Shown: positions 1 through 10,133 of the stretch, in pieces
Layout of the letters: each line of letters opens with the position of its first letter
How positions within the stretch are numbered: position 1 is the stretch's first letter
Assembly (NCBI GenBank): GCA_965207445.1
Contig: CBDBLX010000002.1
Span: 672,001-736,000, forward strand
Source of the DNA: Nitrosopumilus sp.
GTDB taxonomy: Archaea; Thermoproteota; Nitrososphaeria; Nitrososphaerales; Nitrosopumilaceae
DNA: 64,000 nucleotides
Direction: 5' to 3'
Notes under the pieces: model-generated
The model's database searches: none
What the model was told of the DNA's origin: nothing
What the model saw: only the letters and a program-made list of their open reading frames with translations
Made by a program: the position numbers and the translations under genes

Positions 1-295
1 GAAATGCTATGATCTCTGGTACAGATTGCGCTATTGATAACAAATACACTGATACAGAGTTGATCACAACACCAATAGATAACAGATATCCACTACTGAA
101 TCTGTCAAGCAATATCCCTACTAAGAGTGGAATTATCATATATGGGAGAAAGTTTGCTATGCCTATGAGACCTAGATCTGTATATGTGGCTCCTGCAACA
201 TTTATTGCAAATATTGGTAATATTGGGCCATGTATGCCATATGATATTCCTATTATTACTGCTGTAATGTAAACTAGCAGTAGCGGTCTCTTCAT
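1..295 (-). CDS. MFS transporter, N-terminal part (runs off window edge)
   Basis: Manual translation from ATG at 295: MKRPLLLVYITAVIIGISYGMHGPILPIFA...PLLVGILLDRF; hydrophobic helices and an MFS-like 'G.l.DRf' motif. Confidence 0.8.
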   Translation of the reverse strand, partial: MKRPLLLVYITAVIIGISYGIHGPILPIFAINVAGATYTDLGLIGIANFLPYMIIPLLVGILLDRFSSGYLLSIGVVINSVSVYLLSIAQSVPEIIAF

Positions 296-512
296 TGCGA
301 ATATTTCTTAATTTTCTGCTTATCACTGTTATCTTGTAACTGATATGTGCATAATTCTTTGATCATCTCAAATGAAATCCGATGTTGCGTGTGTATGGCC
401 CCCCTGAGGCTTGTAGTAGATTTACAGAGATAAAAGGCATTCAGATAACAGATAATTGCTTGACTTGTGTGGTAATTCTGACTAAAGTACAGACCATTTT
501 CACCTTTAAATC

Positions 513-624
513 CATAGTAATTAAAACAATGATCCGAAAGTTTTTGGTCTTTTATGTCCATTTTTTGTTTCTGATCCATCGATGCATGTCTATGAAATTT
601 TCGATTCTTTATTTGAAACACTAT
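513..624. repeat. Dispersed 112-bp repeat, copy 1 (other copy 6781-6892); probable IS remnant
   Basis: Ungapped hand alignment to 6781-6892 with ~12 mismatches. Confidence 0.8.
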
Positions 625-680
625 TCAGATACGTATTTTGTATTTTTTGTATTTCTTGTCTTTTTGAGATGTTTTTGCAA

Positions 681-711
681 TTACATGCTGTATTACATGC
701 TGTATTACATG
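681..711. repeat. Tandem 12-bp repeat (TTACATGCTGTA x2.5)
   Basis: Read directly from sequence. Confidence 0.85.
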
Positions 712-905
712 TGACAGAGTTATTAATTATTCATATAATTAAACATGTCTAAATACACCACATTTTTTGTCACAAGACTGTCTATACAAAACCCCAACTC
801 CCCCAAAACCATGCATAACTCAATCTTATTTTACACGCGTCGTTGTGTTGTACTGGTTTTATTGTAGGTTTTTGCTTGATATATGCCAACTTTCCAAATA
901 GGTAT

Positions 906-1760
906 ATGAGACGCATCTTGTATGTCATAATACCTGCTACGATCCTAGGACTAGTCATATTCAATGCATTTTTTGGAGATACACTGTTGAGTTCAATGTA
1001 TGATCGCTCAATAAACAAGTATTCTATCTATGTCCATCTACAACCTGAATGGAAGAGTTATCCGGGCAACATTTTATATGATGTGACGAATGTTTGGTCT
1101 GGGTATGGTAATGTTGATCCGTCTTTACATGAAATCAATCCTGATGACATTTCACCTCTGAGTACATATAATAGAAACCAACTCGAATATCAAAACTCAA
1201 AGTCATACGTAGAGTTAAGACATGAATTCAGTGCCTGTGAGAATGATTGGAAACCAATTTCTTATCGATATGTAGCAGACAGTATTCGAAATTGGGTTGA
1301 GATTGTACAAGGAGTGCAGATTACCGGTGATGTGAATGTTGATGCATCATATCAGAATGCTGCACAAAATGATCCGTATGTGTGGATATTCCCAAATATT
1401 CATAATTCTGCGTATGATACAAGCTTGCAAGATGTGTTTGTATCTCAAGGTTATGCCCAGTTCATCCCAATATGCACTGCTTCTGTAAACTCTACTACTT
1501 ATGACTATTCAATAATGATAAATGACCCTGAAATAGGATTTGATGCATACTTTGTAAAGTCCGAATCTGATGCAAATGCATATGTGTCTGGTTTAGAGTT
1601 TGACTTTTATCAACAGGACGGATGCTATATCACAAATCACAACAGCTTTTCTGGAACTTGTTATGATGTACATCCTGATTCTGGACTATTAATCGTAATA
1701 CCTGACAGACTTGATCTGTCACTGACAAAGATTCGCATCAATCTACACGAGCATGCATAA
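906..1760 (+). CDS. Hypothetical membrane-anchored/secreted protein
   Basis: ORF 843..1760; likely start at ATG 906 (MRRILYVII) giving an N-terminal TM/signal helix. Confidence 0.75.
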   Translation: MRRILYVIIPATILGLVIFNAFFGDTLLSSMYDRSINKYSIYVHLQPEWKSYPGNILYDVTNVWSGYGNVDPSLHEINPDDISPLSTYNRNQLEYQNSKSYVELRHEFSACENDWKPISYRYVADSIRNWVEIVQGVQITGDVNVDASYQNAAQNDPYVWIFPNIHNSAYDTSLQDVFVSQGYAQFIPICTASVNSTTYDYSIMINDPEIGFDAYFVKSESDANAYVSGLEFDFYQQDGCYITNHNSFSGTCYDVHPDSGLLIVIPDRLDLSLTKIRINLHEHA

Positions 1761-1832
1761 TGATGGTGATAATGTGGTTGTCTTTTTACCCCGTACATTT
1801 TATCATTTTTAATGTACATGTTTACTGTAATG

Positions 1833-2885
1833 TCAATTTGTAGTCCACCCGTTCTTTTTAAAGTATATGAACATCAACGCTGCTGGAATTGCAGATGCAA
1901 GTATCAATATTATAAATGGCGTAAATGCGTCTAGTTCTGATGATACTGCAGAGTCGTTTATTCCTCCAGGCAACATAATATTCATCCCATAAAATGTTCC
2001 AACTACTGTAGCAGGTATGGCAAGTGTAAATATTATGGTAAGTATACTTAGTACCTTGTTTGTCTTTTCTGTGCTTAGTACATAATCTGTATCTTTGTAA
2101 ATCTCCATTGTCTCTTTTGATTCTTCTAGTGTTTCGATGACTTTATCTATATGATCTATTACATCATTATACATGAAGATAATGTTCTCGTCTTTGTCAT
2201 CTGAGAATCTCTGTACACCCTTTACTATCTCTTGTACTACTTTTTTGAGAGGGTTGGCTATCCTTCGAAGCCTGTTAATCTCTCTTCTGAGTAGTGCAAT
2301 ATTTCTTGCAGCCGATATCTTGTCATCAAACACAATGTCTTCTAACTCATCAAGGTTGGCAATTATCTTTCTTGATACGTGCATCAAATCATCTACTAAC
2401 TCGTCAATTATGGTGTGCATTAACACACTTGTGTGGGAATTCAAAAAATCATTGCTTTCATATTTATCGAGACCATTACTCTTTGATATTTTTACCAAAT
2501 CCGTCAACGGTTTGAGGTCGCCTTGATGTACTGTAATTAGAAAATCTTTACCTACAAACATTGAGAGTTGACTGTTCTTTGAGATTCCTGATTTTTGTGC
2601 TAGTGGTGGAAAGTGCAATATGACGAAAAAGTGGTCATCATAACTGTCAAGTTTTGGAAGCTCAAACTTTGTAAGACAGTCCTCTATGTTGAGATCATTG
2701 AGCTCGTACTCTTTTAGTAACTTTTCTAGGTGTTCTCTGTCAGGATTTTCTAAATCCACCCACACCAAGTTTTTACCTTGAATCTTTTCTATTTTTTGAA
2801 CGACTTTACCCTCATCGATATCCGTCTTGCCTCTTTTACCCTTTAGTCTGCTTGTTATGAACTCTCTCTTCAAATTACAATGCAC
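1833..2885 (-). CDS. corA: CorA-family Mg2+/Co2+ transporter (start uncertain)
   Basis: WVDLENP, C-terminal two TM helices with the YGMN signature. Confidence 0.92.
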   Translation of the reverse strand: MHCNLKREFITSRLKGKRGKTDIDEGKVVQKIEKIQGKNLVWVDLENPDREHLEKLLKEYELNDLNIEDCLTKFELPKLDSYDDHFFVILHFPPLAQKSGISKNSQLSMFVGKDFLITVHQGDLKPLTDLVKISKSNGLDKYESNDFLNSHTSVLMHTIIDELVDDLMHVSRKIIANLDELEDIVFDDKISAARNIALLRREINRLRRIANPLKKVVQEIVKGVQRFSDDKDENIIFMYNDVIDHIDKVIETLEESKETMEIYKDTDYVLSTEKTNKVLSILTIIFTLAIPATVVGTFYGMNIMLPGGINDSAVSSELDAFTPFIILILASAIPAALMFIYFKKNGWTTN

Positions 2886-3077
2886 TATGTAAGATCAAAT
2901 TTAAAGCGATCGTCGAAATATTTGTGTGTAGCAATCATTTGTCCTATTTGCAAGCTTGTTTTTTGACATGTTTTATGAAAAAGCGCGTCTAACTGTTTAT
3001 TATTATGATGTGATGTATACATTTGTGGGCAAAAACCCACTACTGTCTCAATTTTTTGTTCATATTATGATTGATGA

Positions 3078-3158
3078 TTACTTGAATGGTAACAGATAAT
3101 TCATACCATACCATGTTATTGCAAGCGCGATTCCCATCCCGATCCACCAATAACGCAT
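3078..3158 (-). CDS. Putative 26-aa single-TM small protein
   Basis: MRYWWIGMGIALAITWYGMNYLLPFK*; TATA-like TTTATTA ~25 nt upstream; below the ORF-track cutoff. Confidence 0.55.
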   Translation of the reverse strand: MRYWWIGMGIALAITWYGMNYLLPFK

Positions 3159-3470
3159 AAACTATGTGATTTGTGCCCGATAATAAATCTACAGTACGTG
3201 ATCAGCATATTTGACATTTTATGATATCTTTGTGTTAATTGTGAGCAAGTTACACCTTATCTATGCATCCTGTCACCACAATACATGATTTAATTCACTG
3301 ACACACTTGACTAGTCATCCAGAGTGTCAATAAAACTCATTGAGAATAGATGTGAGTTGCCAACAGGTCGCCTTACTATGTCACTGCATCAGCATATGAA
3401 AAAAAGGGATCAGTACTAATGGTGGTTATACAAAAAACCCCCTTAAATTAACTGTCGGCTAGTCGGAATG

Positions 3471-3551
3471 GTAACCATTCAATCCATTCTCAAATTTAGG
3501 CACAGACTCGCCGCCTAACATCTGGTGCAAGTATGAGGGTTGAACGGTTAT
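3471..3551 (+). mobile_element. MITE family A copy (GTAA-ended, IS66-like ends)
   Basis: TIR GTAACCATTCAA...TTGAACGGTTAT; flanks GTCGGAATG/GTCAGAATG (8/9 TSD). Confidence 0.85.
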
Positions 3552-3672
3552 GTCAGAATGCTCACAACAACTCATCTAGTAAGTTGCATAGAACAATGAT
3601 ATGGTAGCATTCTATTGGTGTGTATTTTTTACATCTCAAGGATTAATTATGGTTGATGTTTGCTAACTACAT

Positions 3673-3745
3673 GGCCTTTGTAGTACAGTGGTTAGTATAG
3701 AGGATTGTGGATCCTCGGACAGGGGTTCGATTCCCCTCAAAGGCC
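3673..3745 (+). tRNA. tRNA-His(GTG)
   Basis: Acceptor GCCTTTG/CAAAGGC, anticodon arm GAGGA-TTGTGGA-TCCTC, GTTCGATTC T-loop; genomic G at position -1 opposite discriminator C. Confidence 0.95.
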
Positions 3746-3802
3746 TCCTCTCTTTTTGTTAATAATTTTGCTGTTTGATTGTGAGAAATATGTGCACATT
3801 AG

Positions 3803-4162
3803 TTAAAATATGCCAAATTTACTTGATTCCATCTCTTCTTTAATGGCAAGTTTAACTCTTGATGCGTCCTTGTCTTGTATGTTATTTGAGAGCCATGTGA
3901 GAAATTTCTTCTCAATTCCTTTACCTTTGAGTCCGTCATAATCTACGGGGCCCATTATCTCTCTTAGTTTTTGTATCAATGAGTGATTTACACTCAACAC
4001 GAAAAAGTGCCACCCGAATGCAAATTCTGAATCTGTCATGGTAAACTCATCTTTTGTATGAACCATCTGCTCTAACATCACAAGTTGTTTTGTCAACACC
4101 TTATTTGCTTTTTCATAGTCTACTGCTGAGACGTTGATATGCAATCTTCCTTCTGCCATCAT
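3803..4162 (-). CDS. Conserved hypothetical protein
   Basis: 119-aa ORF co-oriented with neighbours, protein-like composition. Confidence 0.75.
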   Translation of the reverse strand: MMAEGRLHINVSAVDYEKANKVLTKQLVMLEQMVHTKDEFTMTDSEFAFGWHFFVLSVNHSLIQKLREIMGPVDYDGLKGKGIEKKFLTWLSNNIQDKDASRVKLAIKEEMESSKFGIF

Positions 4163-4200
4163 GATTTTTGTATGTCTATATGAAATAAAAAGATTGCACG

Positions 4201-5046
4201 TTATGTACTTTTTATCAAATACTCAAAGTCAATATCAAAGTTCATCTTCATCAGTTTCACATAAGTTGAGATTGACTCTGGTATTTTATCACCACATGCC
4301 ACTCCAATATTCCATGCATTTATCCATATTGTCAGAGTTTGTATAATTGTCAGAAATCTATCATTCTTTGTATCCGGCGGTCCTAATGCTTTTGTGTATC
4401 TTTCTGCGTATTCCCATGCAGTGACAAAATCTATACATTTCTTACCAAATATTGCTTGCAACTGCTCACGTGTATCATTTGCCTGTCTAAAAGGAGCCTT
4501 GCACATGACATATGGAAAATCTATTGAATCTGGCAGACAACCTGGCAATGGACTCCACACGGTAATTATTCTTGCGCCATTTAATTCTCTGAACTTGTCT
4601 GTCATTATATCTATTAACTCTGTATCGTTTACAAACCAGAACAAGACTACTGTTGCATCTGATATGTCTATGTGTTGTATGTTATTACATATTAGTTTGT
4701 ACTTGCCATTATAATTATTCTGTTCATTTTTATCGTTGTTGTATTTTGAATATTTGTCAAGTTCATTATGATTCATTAACGCATCTCGCGTCTTTTCTAT
4801 TTTTGAGCAATCCGAATCTACCCCTATTGCGAATTTGACATCAAATTCTGACAATGCAATTTTAATACCATCACCATTGCCGCCACACCCTAGATGATAA
4901 AACACGTCATTTTCGCCAAGACCCACTAACCTGAACATATCTCTAAGAGATTTTTGACTCAACTCTGCATCCTTACCACTCATTATATCCTCTGGTAATG
5001 TCTGCAAGTACTCTTCTATCTTCAACGAGTCACCACCACTACCCAT
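4201..5046 (-). CDS. SAM-dependent methyltransferase-like protein
   Basis: VFYHLGCG motif I, IGVD motif II, 'DISDATVV'. Confidence 0.8.
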   Translation of the reverse strand: MGSGGDSLKIEEYLQTLPEDIMSGKDAELSQKSLRDMFRLVGLGENDVFYHLGCGGNGDGIKIALSEFDVKFAIGVDSDCSKIEKTRDALMNHNELDKYSKYNNDKNEQNNYNGKYKLICNNIQHIDISDATVVLFWFVNDTELIDIMTDKFRELNGARIITVWSPLPGCLPDSIDFPYVMCKAPFRQANDTREQLQAIFGKKCIDFVTAWEYAERYTKALGPPDTKNDRFLTIIQTLTIWINAWNIGVACGDKIPESISTYVKLMKMNFDIDFEYLIKST

Positions 5047-5070
5047 ATCACCTGTTAATTATTGATGGTG

Positions 5071-5340
5071 TTACTCTCTGATACTTTCAAGCTTTGAGAC
5101 TGCCTGCCAGAGTTGTGTTCTTACATATGATGGCATATTTGGATCTTGTGTAACATCATCAAGTATACTTATTGCATTTGCTGCTCTAACTGACATTGAA
5201 TACTCTGTTCCTTTGAGTTCTGTTACGAGATCAATAATTGATTTTTTTATCGTCTTTGGCGTAGTACTACTCTCTATTATCTGATTGAGTGTTGCAAGCG
5301 CGTCTCTCATAGATTCTTGATTTTGTTCATTGTCTGTCAT
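5071..5340 (-). CDS. UPF0147 family protein
   Basis: VRAANAISILDDVTQDPNMPSYVRTQLW is typical of archaeal UPF0147. Confidence 0.88.
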   Translation of the reverse strand: MTDNEQNQESMRDALATLNQIIESSTTPKTIKKSIIDLVTELKGTEYSMSVRAANAISILDDVTQDPNMPSYVRTQLWQAVSKLESIRE

Positions 5341-5450
5341 ACATTATCTCTCTTTTTAGTCCGTAATATAGTTAAAGATGAATACTCCCAACTTCTTTAT
5401 GGTTATATAATGTTGACAATATGATATAGTTGAACTTTGTGTTGTTTGAG

Positions 5451-5765
5451 TTATGTCTCCACAAACACATTTCCTGACTCTACACTAGTCTTGTAAGATC
5501 CCAAGTTTCGTATTGGGGCGGGAAATTTTGCAAGATTTCCTGTCTTACAATCAAACTCTGCTTTGTGCCATCCACAAGTTATTGTACAGTTGTCGTCTTT
5601 TAAGGTGCCCTCTGAGAGAGATGCTCCTGCATGTGTACATGTGTCATCTACTGCATAGTATGTGTCGCCTGCGTTGACCACTAGTATATCTAACCCATTT
5701 ATTGTAAACTTTTTCATTTTGCCTTGTGCAATCTCTGATTCGTTACAGATCAAATGTCTTCCCAT
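5451..5765 (-). CDS. Rieske [2Fe-2S] ferredoxin
   Basis: CTH...CGWH motifs. Confidence 0.9.
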   Translation of the reverse strand: MGRHLICNESEIAQGKMKKFTINGLDILVVNAGDTYYAVDDTCTHAGASLSEGTLKDDNCTITCGWHKAEFDCKTGNLAKFPAPIRNLGSYKTSVESGNVFVET

Positions 5766-5803
5766 GCTATTGTTTTTAACTTTGAGTTTTAATATCTTAC
5801 TAG

Positions 5804-6727
5804 ATGGAGTCCATTCGAAAGGTATGTGAGTCTGACAAAAAATACGTCTTAGAATATTGTAAAGATACGTTTAGCTGGGGTGACTATATCAGTTATGTAT
5901 GGGATGATTGGATAACTGATGGTGATTTTTTAGCATATGATGATTGTATATCTTCTGATACGTCAACTACCTGTATGCGTCCTGTTGGTATATGTCACGT
6001 ACACTCATCTGATAAACAGATCTGGGTGGAGGGCATACGTGTTCACCCTCTATATAGGCGTCGTGGCATTGCAACTAAACTTGTAATGGCAGCAGAAGAA
6101 AAATTGATACTATTACATAACACCCCTCATACAGACAAATCCGCAACATTTTACGATAAATGCACTATGGCATCTCGTATGCTCATTGATGCCAAAAATG
6201 ATTCGTCACTATTTATGGCAGATAATCTTGGTTATAATATAATTGGCACTTGGTCATATTATAAACTACAACCAAAACAGTATTCATCAGATCAGATACA
6301 TGTGATGTTTACTATAATTGACACTGTTGATTCTAATGTGTATGAATATTATGTGGATTCTTGGAGATGGTTTCAGACTCGTACACTATACGATACATTA
6401 TCTAAAAGCATGATCGTGTCAATACCAGAGTCATCTGATGTTGATACATGTCTTGATGGACAAAAATTACCCCCACTCACAGCAATAATCGTAATATCAA
6501 AGTCAGTTGAAGGAAATGGACTTTGTATGTACGTTACATTATACTCTACTAGTTCTTCAAATTATACAAAAACACTGATCAAATATTTGCGTAATGTGGC
6601 ATTTGAGCATAACTGTGAACATATTTGTGTATTCGCACAACAACATGATGTATTGCCTCTTTGTGATGGACTCGAGAAGAGTTTTACATTTCATCTTGTG
6701 GAAAAAATGTTTGCCACATTATCATAA
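5804..6727 (+). CDS. GNAT family N-acetyltransferase
   Basis: WVEGIRVHPLYRRRGIA acetyl-CoA motif A. Confidence 0.85.
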   Translation: MESIRKVCESDKKYVLEYCKDTFSWGDYISYVWDDWITDGDFLAYDDCISSDTSTTCMRPVGICHVHSSDKQIWVEGIRVHPLYRRRGIATKLVMAAEEKLILLHNTPHTDKSATFYDKCTMASRMLIDAKNDSSLFMADNLGYNIIGTWSYYKLQPKQYSSDQIHVMFTIIDTVDSNVYEYYVDSWRWFQTRTLYDTLSKSMIVSIPESSDVDTCLDGQKLPPLTAIIVISKSVEGNGLCMYVTLYSTSSSNYTKTLIKYLRNVAFEHNCEHICVFAQQHDVLPLCDGLEKSFTFHLVEKMFATLS

Positions 6728-6762
6728 TTGTATTCGTTTGAGTTGTAAACGAAATATTTTGG

Positions 6763-6960
6763 TGTGGCAAGTAACTGACTCATAGTAGTTAACACAACGA
6801 TCCGAAATTTTTTGGTCTTTTATGTTCATTTATTATTTCTAATCCATCGATGTTTGTCTATGGAATTTTCGATTCTTTATTTGAAATACTATGCACGTGC
6901 AGTCTGAAATTTGTCTGCATAACCACACTTGCTTTGGTCAACGATTAACGCAACAATATC
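6763..6960. mobile_element. Degraded IS-derived segment containing 112-bp repeat copy 2 and a family-B-like terminal repeat
   Basis: 6781-6892 matches 513-624; 6763-6776 TGTGGCAAGTAACT also at 24002-24015; 6939-6952 is the reverse complement of TGCGTTAATCGTTG found at the family B MITE ends. Confidence 0.55.
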
Positions 6961-6964
6961 AATT

Positions 6965-7045
6965 GTAACCGTTCAACCTTTTCCCAAATTTAGGCACAAA
7001 TTCACCGCCTAACGTCTGGCGCAGGTACGGGGGTTGAACGGTTAC
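6965..7045 (+). mobile_element. MITE family A copy
   Basis: Perfect 14-bp TIR GTAACCGTTCAACC/GGTTGAACGGTTAC; no TSD visible. Confidence 0.88.
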
Positions 7046-7098
7046 GTACATATCCTCTATTATGATTGTATATTTGATTATAACTATTTTATTATAGT

Positions 7099-8007
7099 CT
7101 ATATGTCATCTTCATGTATAATCTTTACTGTATTGTATATTGTACCTAACCCTTCAATTTCCATCTCTATTTTGTCGCCGTCTTTTAGATATGGCACACC
7201 TGGATTATTCAATGCTACTCCTGCTGATGTACCTGTTGATATGATATCCCCTGACTCTAGTGTCATGACTTTGGACAATTTTGATATTATTTGTGGTATC
7301 TTTAACAACATTTGACTAGTTGATGAATTTTGCCTTGTCTCTCCGTTGATCTTTGTAATTAATTTGAGGTTTTGAGGATCGCTTATTTCATCTGCTGTTG
7401 TAATCCAAGGGCCGCACGGTGCAAAACTATCAAAACCCTTTGCTCTTGTGAACTGTTTGTCTTTGAATTGTATGTCACGCGCAGAGACGTCATTTAGTAT
7501 CATATATCCAAATATATGCTTGTATGCACTCTCTACTGTCACGTTTTTACATTTATTGCCTATGATGACTGCAAGTTCTATCTCATAATCTAACTGTTTT
7601 ACAAAGTCTGGGCATCGTATCTTTGAGTTTGTTCCAGTCAGTGTGGTTCTTGGTTTTATGACTAGTACTGGATCTTGGGTTCTCTCTTCTTCTTTTTGTT
7701 CTATTGCATGATCTAAATAATTATACGCCAAACATATGATCTTACCTGGGTTTGGAAGTGGAGCTAGTATTTTGTATTTTTTAATTGATTTCTTGTATGG
7801 AATCTCACTGCCTGTTACTCTTTGGTACCATCCATCAAAGAGAAATTCTTCAATGTTCCTTGGTATTGGCACTCCTGTGGCAAATATGATGTCTTCTTTT
7901 GTTGCAATCTTGCCTTTTTTTTCATCTATGAATCCATACGTCTCGATTTTCTTTGCCTTGCTACCCTTTTGTCGTCTTTTAAGCCGTACTATTTTCATTT
8001 TAATCAT
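7099..8007 (-). CDS. Fumarylacetoacetate hydrolase family protein
   Basis: KIICLAYNY, DYEIEL, NDVSARD, GDIISTGT motifs. Confidence 0.92.
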   Translation of the reverse strand: MIKMKIVRLKRRQKGSKAKKIETYGFIDEKKGKIATKEDIIFATGVPIPRNIEEFLFDGWYQRVTGSEIPYKKSIKKYKILAPLPNPGKIICLAYNYLDHAIEQKEEERTQDPVLVIKPRTTLTGTNSKIRCPDFVKQLDYEIELAVIIGNKCKNVTVESAYKHIFGYMILNDVSARDIQFKDKQFTRAKGFDSFAPCGPWITTADEISDPQNLKLITKINGETRQNSSTSQMLLKIPQIISKLSKVMTLESGDIISTGTSAGVALNNPGVPYLKDGDKIEMEIEGLGTIYNTVKIIHEDDI

Positions 8008-10129
8008 GTGTAAAGATTACTCGTCTGCCGGTATCTTTTATACAATAACCGAATCTGACAAATTGTATCTCTTCACCCTCCTTTATTGATTCAAAATGTG
8101 GTTCTGTATAAACTTCTATCTCCTCTAGACTATTCTCATCAAAGTTGTCGTTTTTGTCAAATGGCTTTTTTGGTATTGCAAGTCTTATCCGCACTGCTGT
8201 GTCTTGTGAGACCCATTGAGTTTTTACATCCTCTTTTATCTCTTTTTTACTCTTTTTTTCATTTGTGTGACTGTTGCTATCATTATTGTTGTATGTTGAA
8301 CTGTTGCCTCTTTTTTCTGAATATGGTTCTGTATGTTGCTGTTGTTCTTGTTCTTGCATGCCAATTTTTTCATAAAACTCTGAGACCTCTTGTGCATCAA
8401 AAGTATTGTTTGTGCCTGTTATATGGTCTGCATATGCTGATATTGTCATTGTTGCATAATCATCATGTTCATTAGATGCATATCTTCGATATCTGTTGGT
8501 TTTGTGATTGTTATCTTTACTCTTGCTAATATCTGCTATTCTCACATATCCTAATCCTAATAGTTTGATTATTGATCCCACTTGTAGTTTCTCAAAGTCT
8601 GTTCCTGGTATGTATATATCACCACTTGCAGGGACGCTTCTCATGCCCATCTTTTCGTATAGTGGATGACTTGGCATTGTAACTGTCTTTTTTACTATTT
8701 GATTGCCATCTGTATTTCTTATAATGATTCGTCTTGGATCTCTTACCATGAACAGTCTTGTGCTTGCCGAATCGATCAAATGACGGTTTATTGACTCTAG
8801 CGTCTCAAACGGTGCTATCGTATCTGCTTTTGTTAGGCCAAGTGACTCTATGAACTTTCTTACTGCCTCTGGTTTGATGCCTCGTCGTTTTAATCCACCT
8901 AGTGTGGGAATTCTGGGGTCATCGTATCCGAGTATTCGTCCGTCCTCCATCAGCGGTTTTATGAGTCTCTTTGATGTTGGCATTCCATCAAATGCAAGTC
9001 TGGCAAAATAGTGTTGTTTTGGTTTTCTCATATTTAGAACATCTAATATGTCATTTATCAGCTCCGCCCTTGATTCGAACTCTTTGGAACGAAATGCATG
9101 TGTGATGCCGTGTATGCTATCTTCTATTGCTACTGACATGTCATAACTAGGCCACACTCTGTACTTTGAGCCCTGTCTATAGTGTGGTGTACTTGTAATG
9201 CGAAAGAGTATGGGGTCCCGCATCACTGCATTGTCCGCTTGCATGTTTCCGCGGAATCTTACAACTGCCTCACCTGATTTTATCTTTCCTGCATGCATCT
9301 TGCCCCATTTTTTATAGTGCTCATCTATGTCGTCTTTTTTGCGACATTTACACTCTATTCTATCTCTTCTACCATTACTAATGTCGTCTTTTTTACACGT
9401 GCAAACATATGCACGTCCATTGCGTATCAATTCTTCTCCTTTTTGATAGAGGGTATCCATATCATCTGATGTGTATATGATGTTTTCTTGTTTGAACTCG
9501 AGGCCTAGCCATTCTAATCCGACGTTAATTCCTGCTATGTACTCTTTTCTCTCTGCATCTGGATTAGTATCATCTATACGTAGTATGCATTTGCCGCCGT
9601 ATCTTGTCGCATAATCTGCATTGATTATGACTGCTTTTGCGTGGCCTATGTGTGGATATCCGTTTGGCTCTGGTGGGAATCGTGTAATTACTTTGCCGTA
9701 TTCGACATCTTCAAGTGGTGGTAGCCATGCACCTGGTATGTTATTATTATTATCACCACCACCCTGCGTATCTTTGTCTTTTTGTTTGTGTTTGTTCATG
9801 GCGATACTACTTGAACCTGTGATCTCCTCTAGTCTCTTTTGTTGATCTTGTAAAGACATGTCATTTACTTGTGATACAACATCAGATACAACATCAGACA
9901 CCATTGGAACTGAGCCACGAAGGTCTTGTCTTGCACCTAGTATCTTACCTAGTATCTTTTTGTTGTCTGTCTGTCCATTATATGTCACTGCATTCTCAAG
10001 GGCTAGTTGTAGTATGTGCTGTCGTATATCATTTACATTGTCATCGTCTTTCACTATGCCCTCTTTCACTATATCCTCACCACTGTTTTTCTTTTGATTA
10101 TTTGTCGTACTGTCTGGTGGTGCACTCAT
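8000..10129 (-). CDS. gltX: Glutamyl-tRNA synthetase with low-complexity insertions
   Basis: RFPPEPNGYPHIGH (HIGH), DDTNP, archaeal-type C-terminus QFVRFGY. Confidence 0.95.
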   Translation of the reverse strand: MSAPPDSTTNNQKKNSGEDIVKEGIVKDDDNVNDIRQHILQLALENAVTYNGQTDNKKILGKILGARQDLRGSVPMVSDVVSDVVSQVNDMSLQDQQKRLEEITGSSSIAMNKHKQKDKDTQGGGDNNNNIPGAWLPPLEDVEYGKVITRFPPEPNGYPHIGHAKAVIINADYATRYGGKCILRIDDTNPDAERKEYIAGINVGLEWLGLEFKQENIIYTSDDMDTLYQKGEELIRNGRAYVCTCKKDDISNGRRDRIECKCRKKDDIDEHYKKWGKMHAGKIKSGEAVVRFRGNMQADNAVMRDPILFRITSTPHYRQGSKYRVWPSYDMSVAIEDSIHGITHAFRSKEFESRAELINDILDVLNMRKPKQHYFARLAFDGMPTSKRLIKPLMEDGRILGYDDPRIPTLGGLKRRGIKPEAVRKFIESLGLTKADTIAPFETLESINRHLIDSASTRLFMVRDPRRIIIRNTDGNQIVKKTVTMPSHPLYEKMGMRSVPASGDIYIPGTDFEKLQVGSIIKLLGLGYVRIADISKSKDNNHKTNRYRRYASNEHDDYATMTISAYADHITGTNNTFDAQEVSEFYEKIGMQEQEQQQHTEPYSEKRGNSSTYNNNDSNSHTNEKKSKKEIKEDVKTQWVSQDTAVRIRLAIPKKPFDKNDNFDENSLEEIEVYTEPHFESIKEGEEIQFVRFGYCIKDTGRRVIFTHD

Positions 10130-10133
10130 ACAT

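Noticed and set aside
292..714. ORFs 292..621 (-) and 382..714 (+) as real genes
   Set aside because: They overlap a dispersed repeat whose second copy has stops in the 292..621 frame; more likely decayed IS sequence.
3347..3580. Larger element with TAGATG(TG)AGTTG inverted ends around the 3471 MITE
   Set aside because: The match is short and gapped, single copy in the window, and has no supporting TSD.
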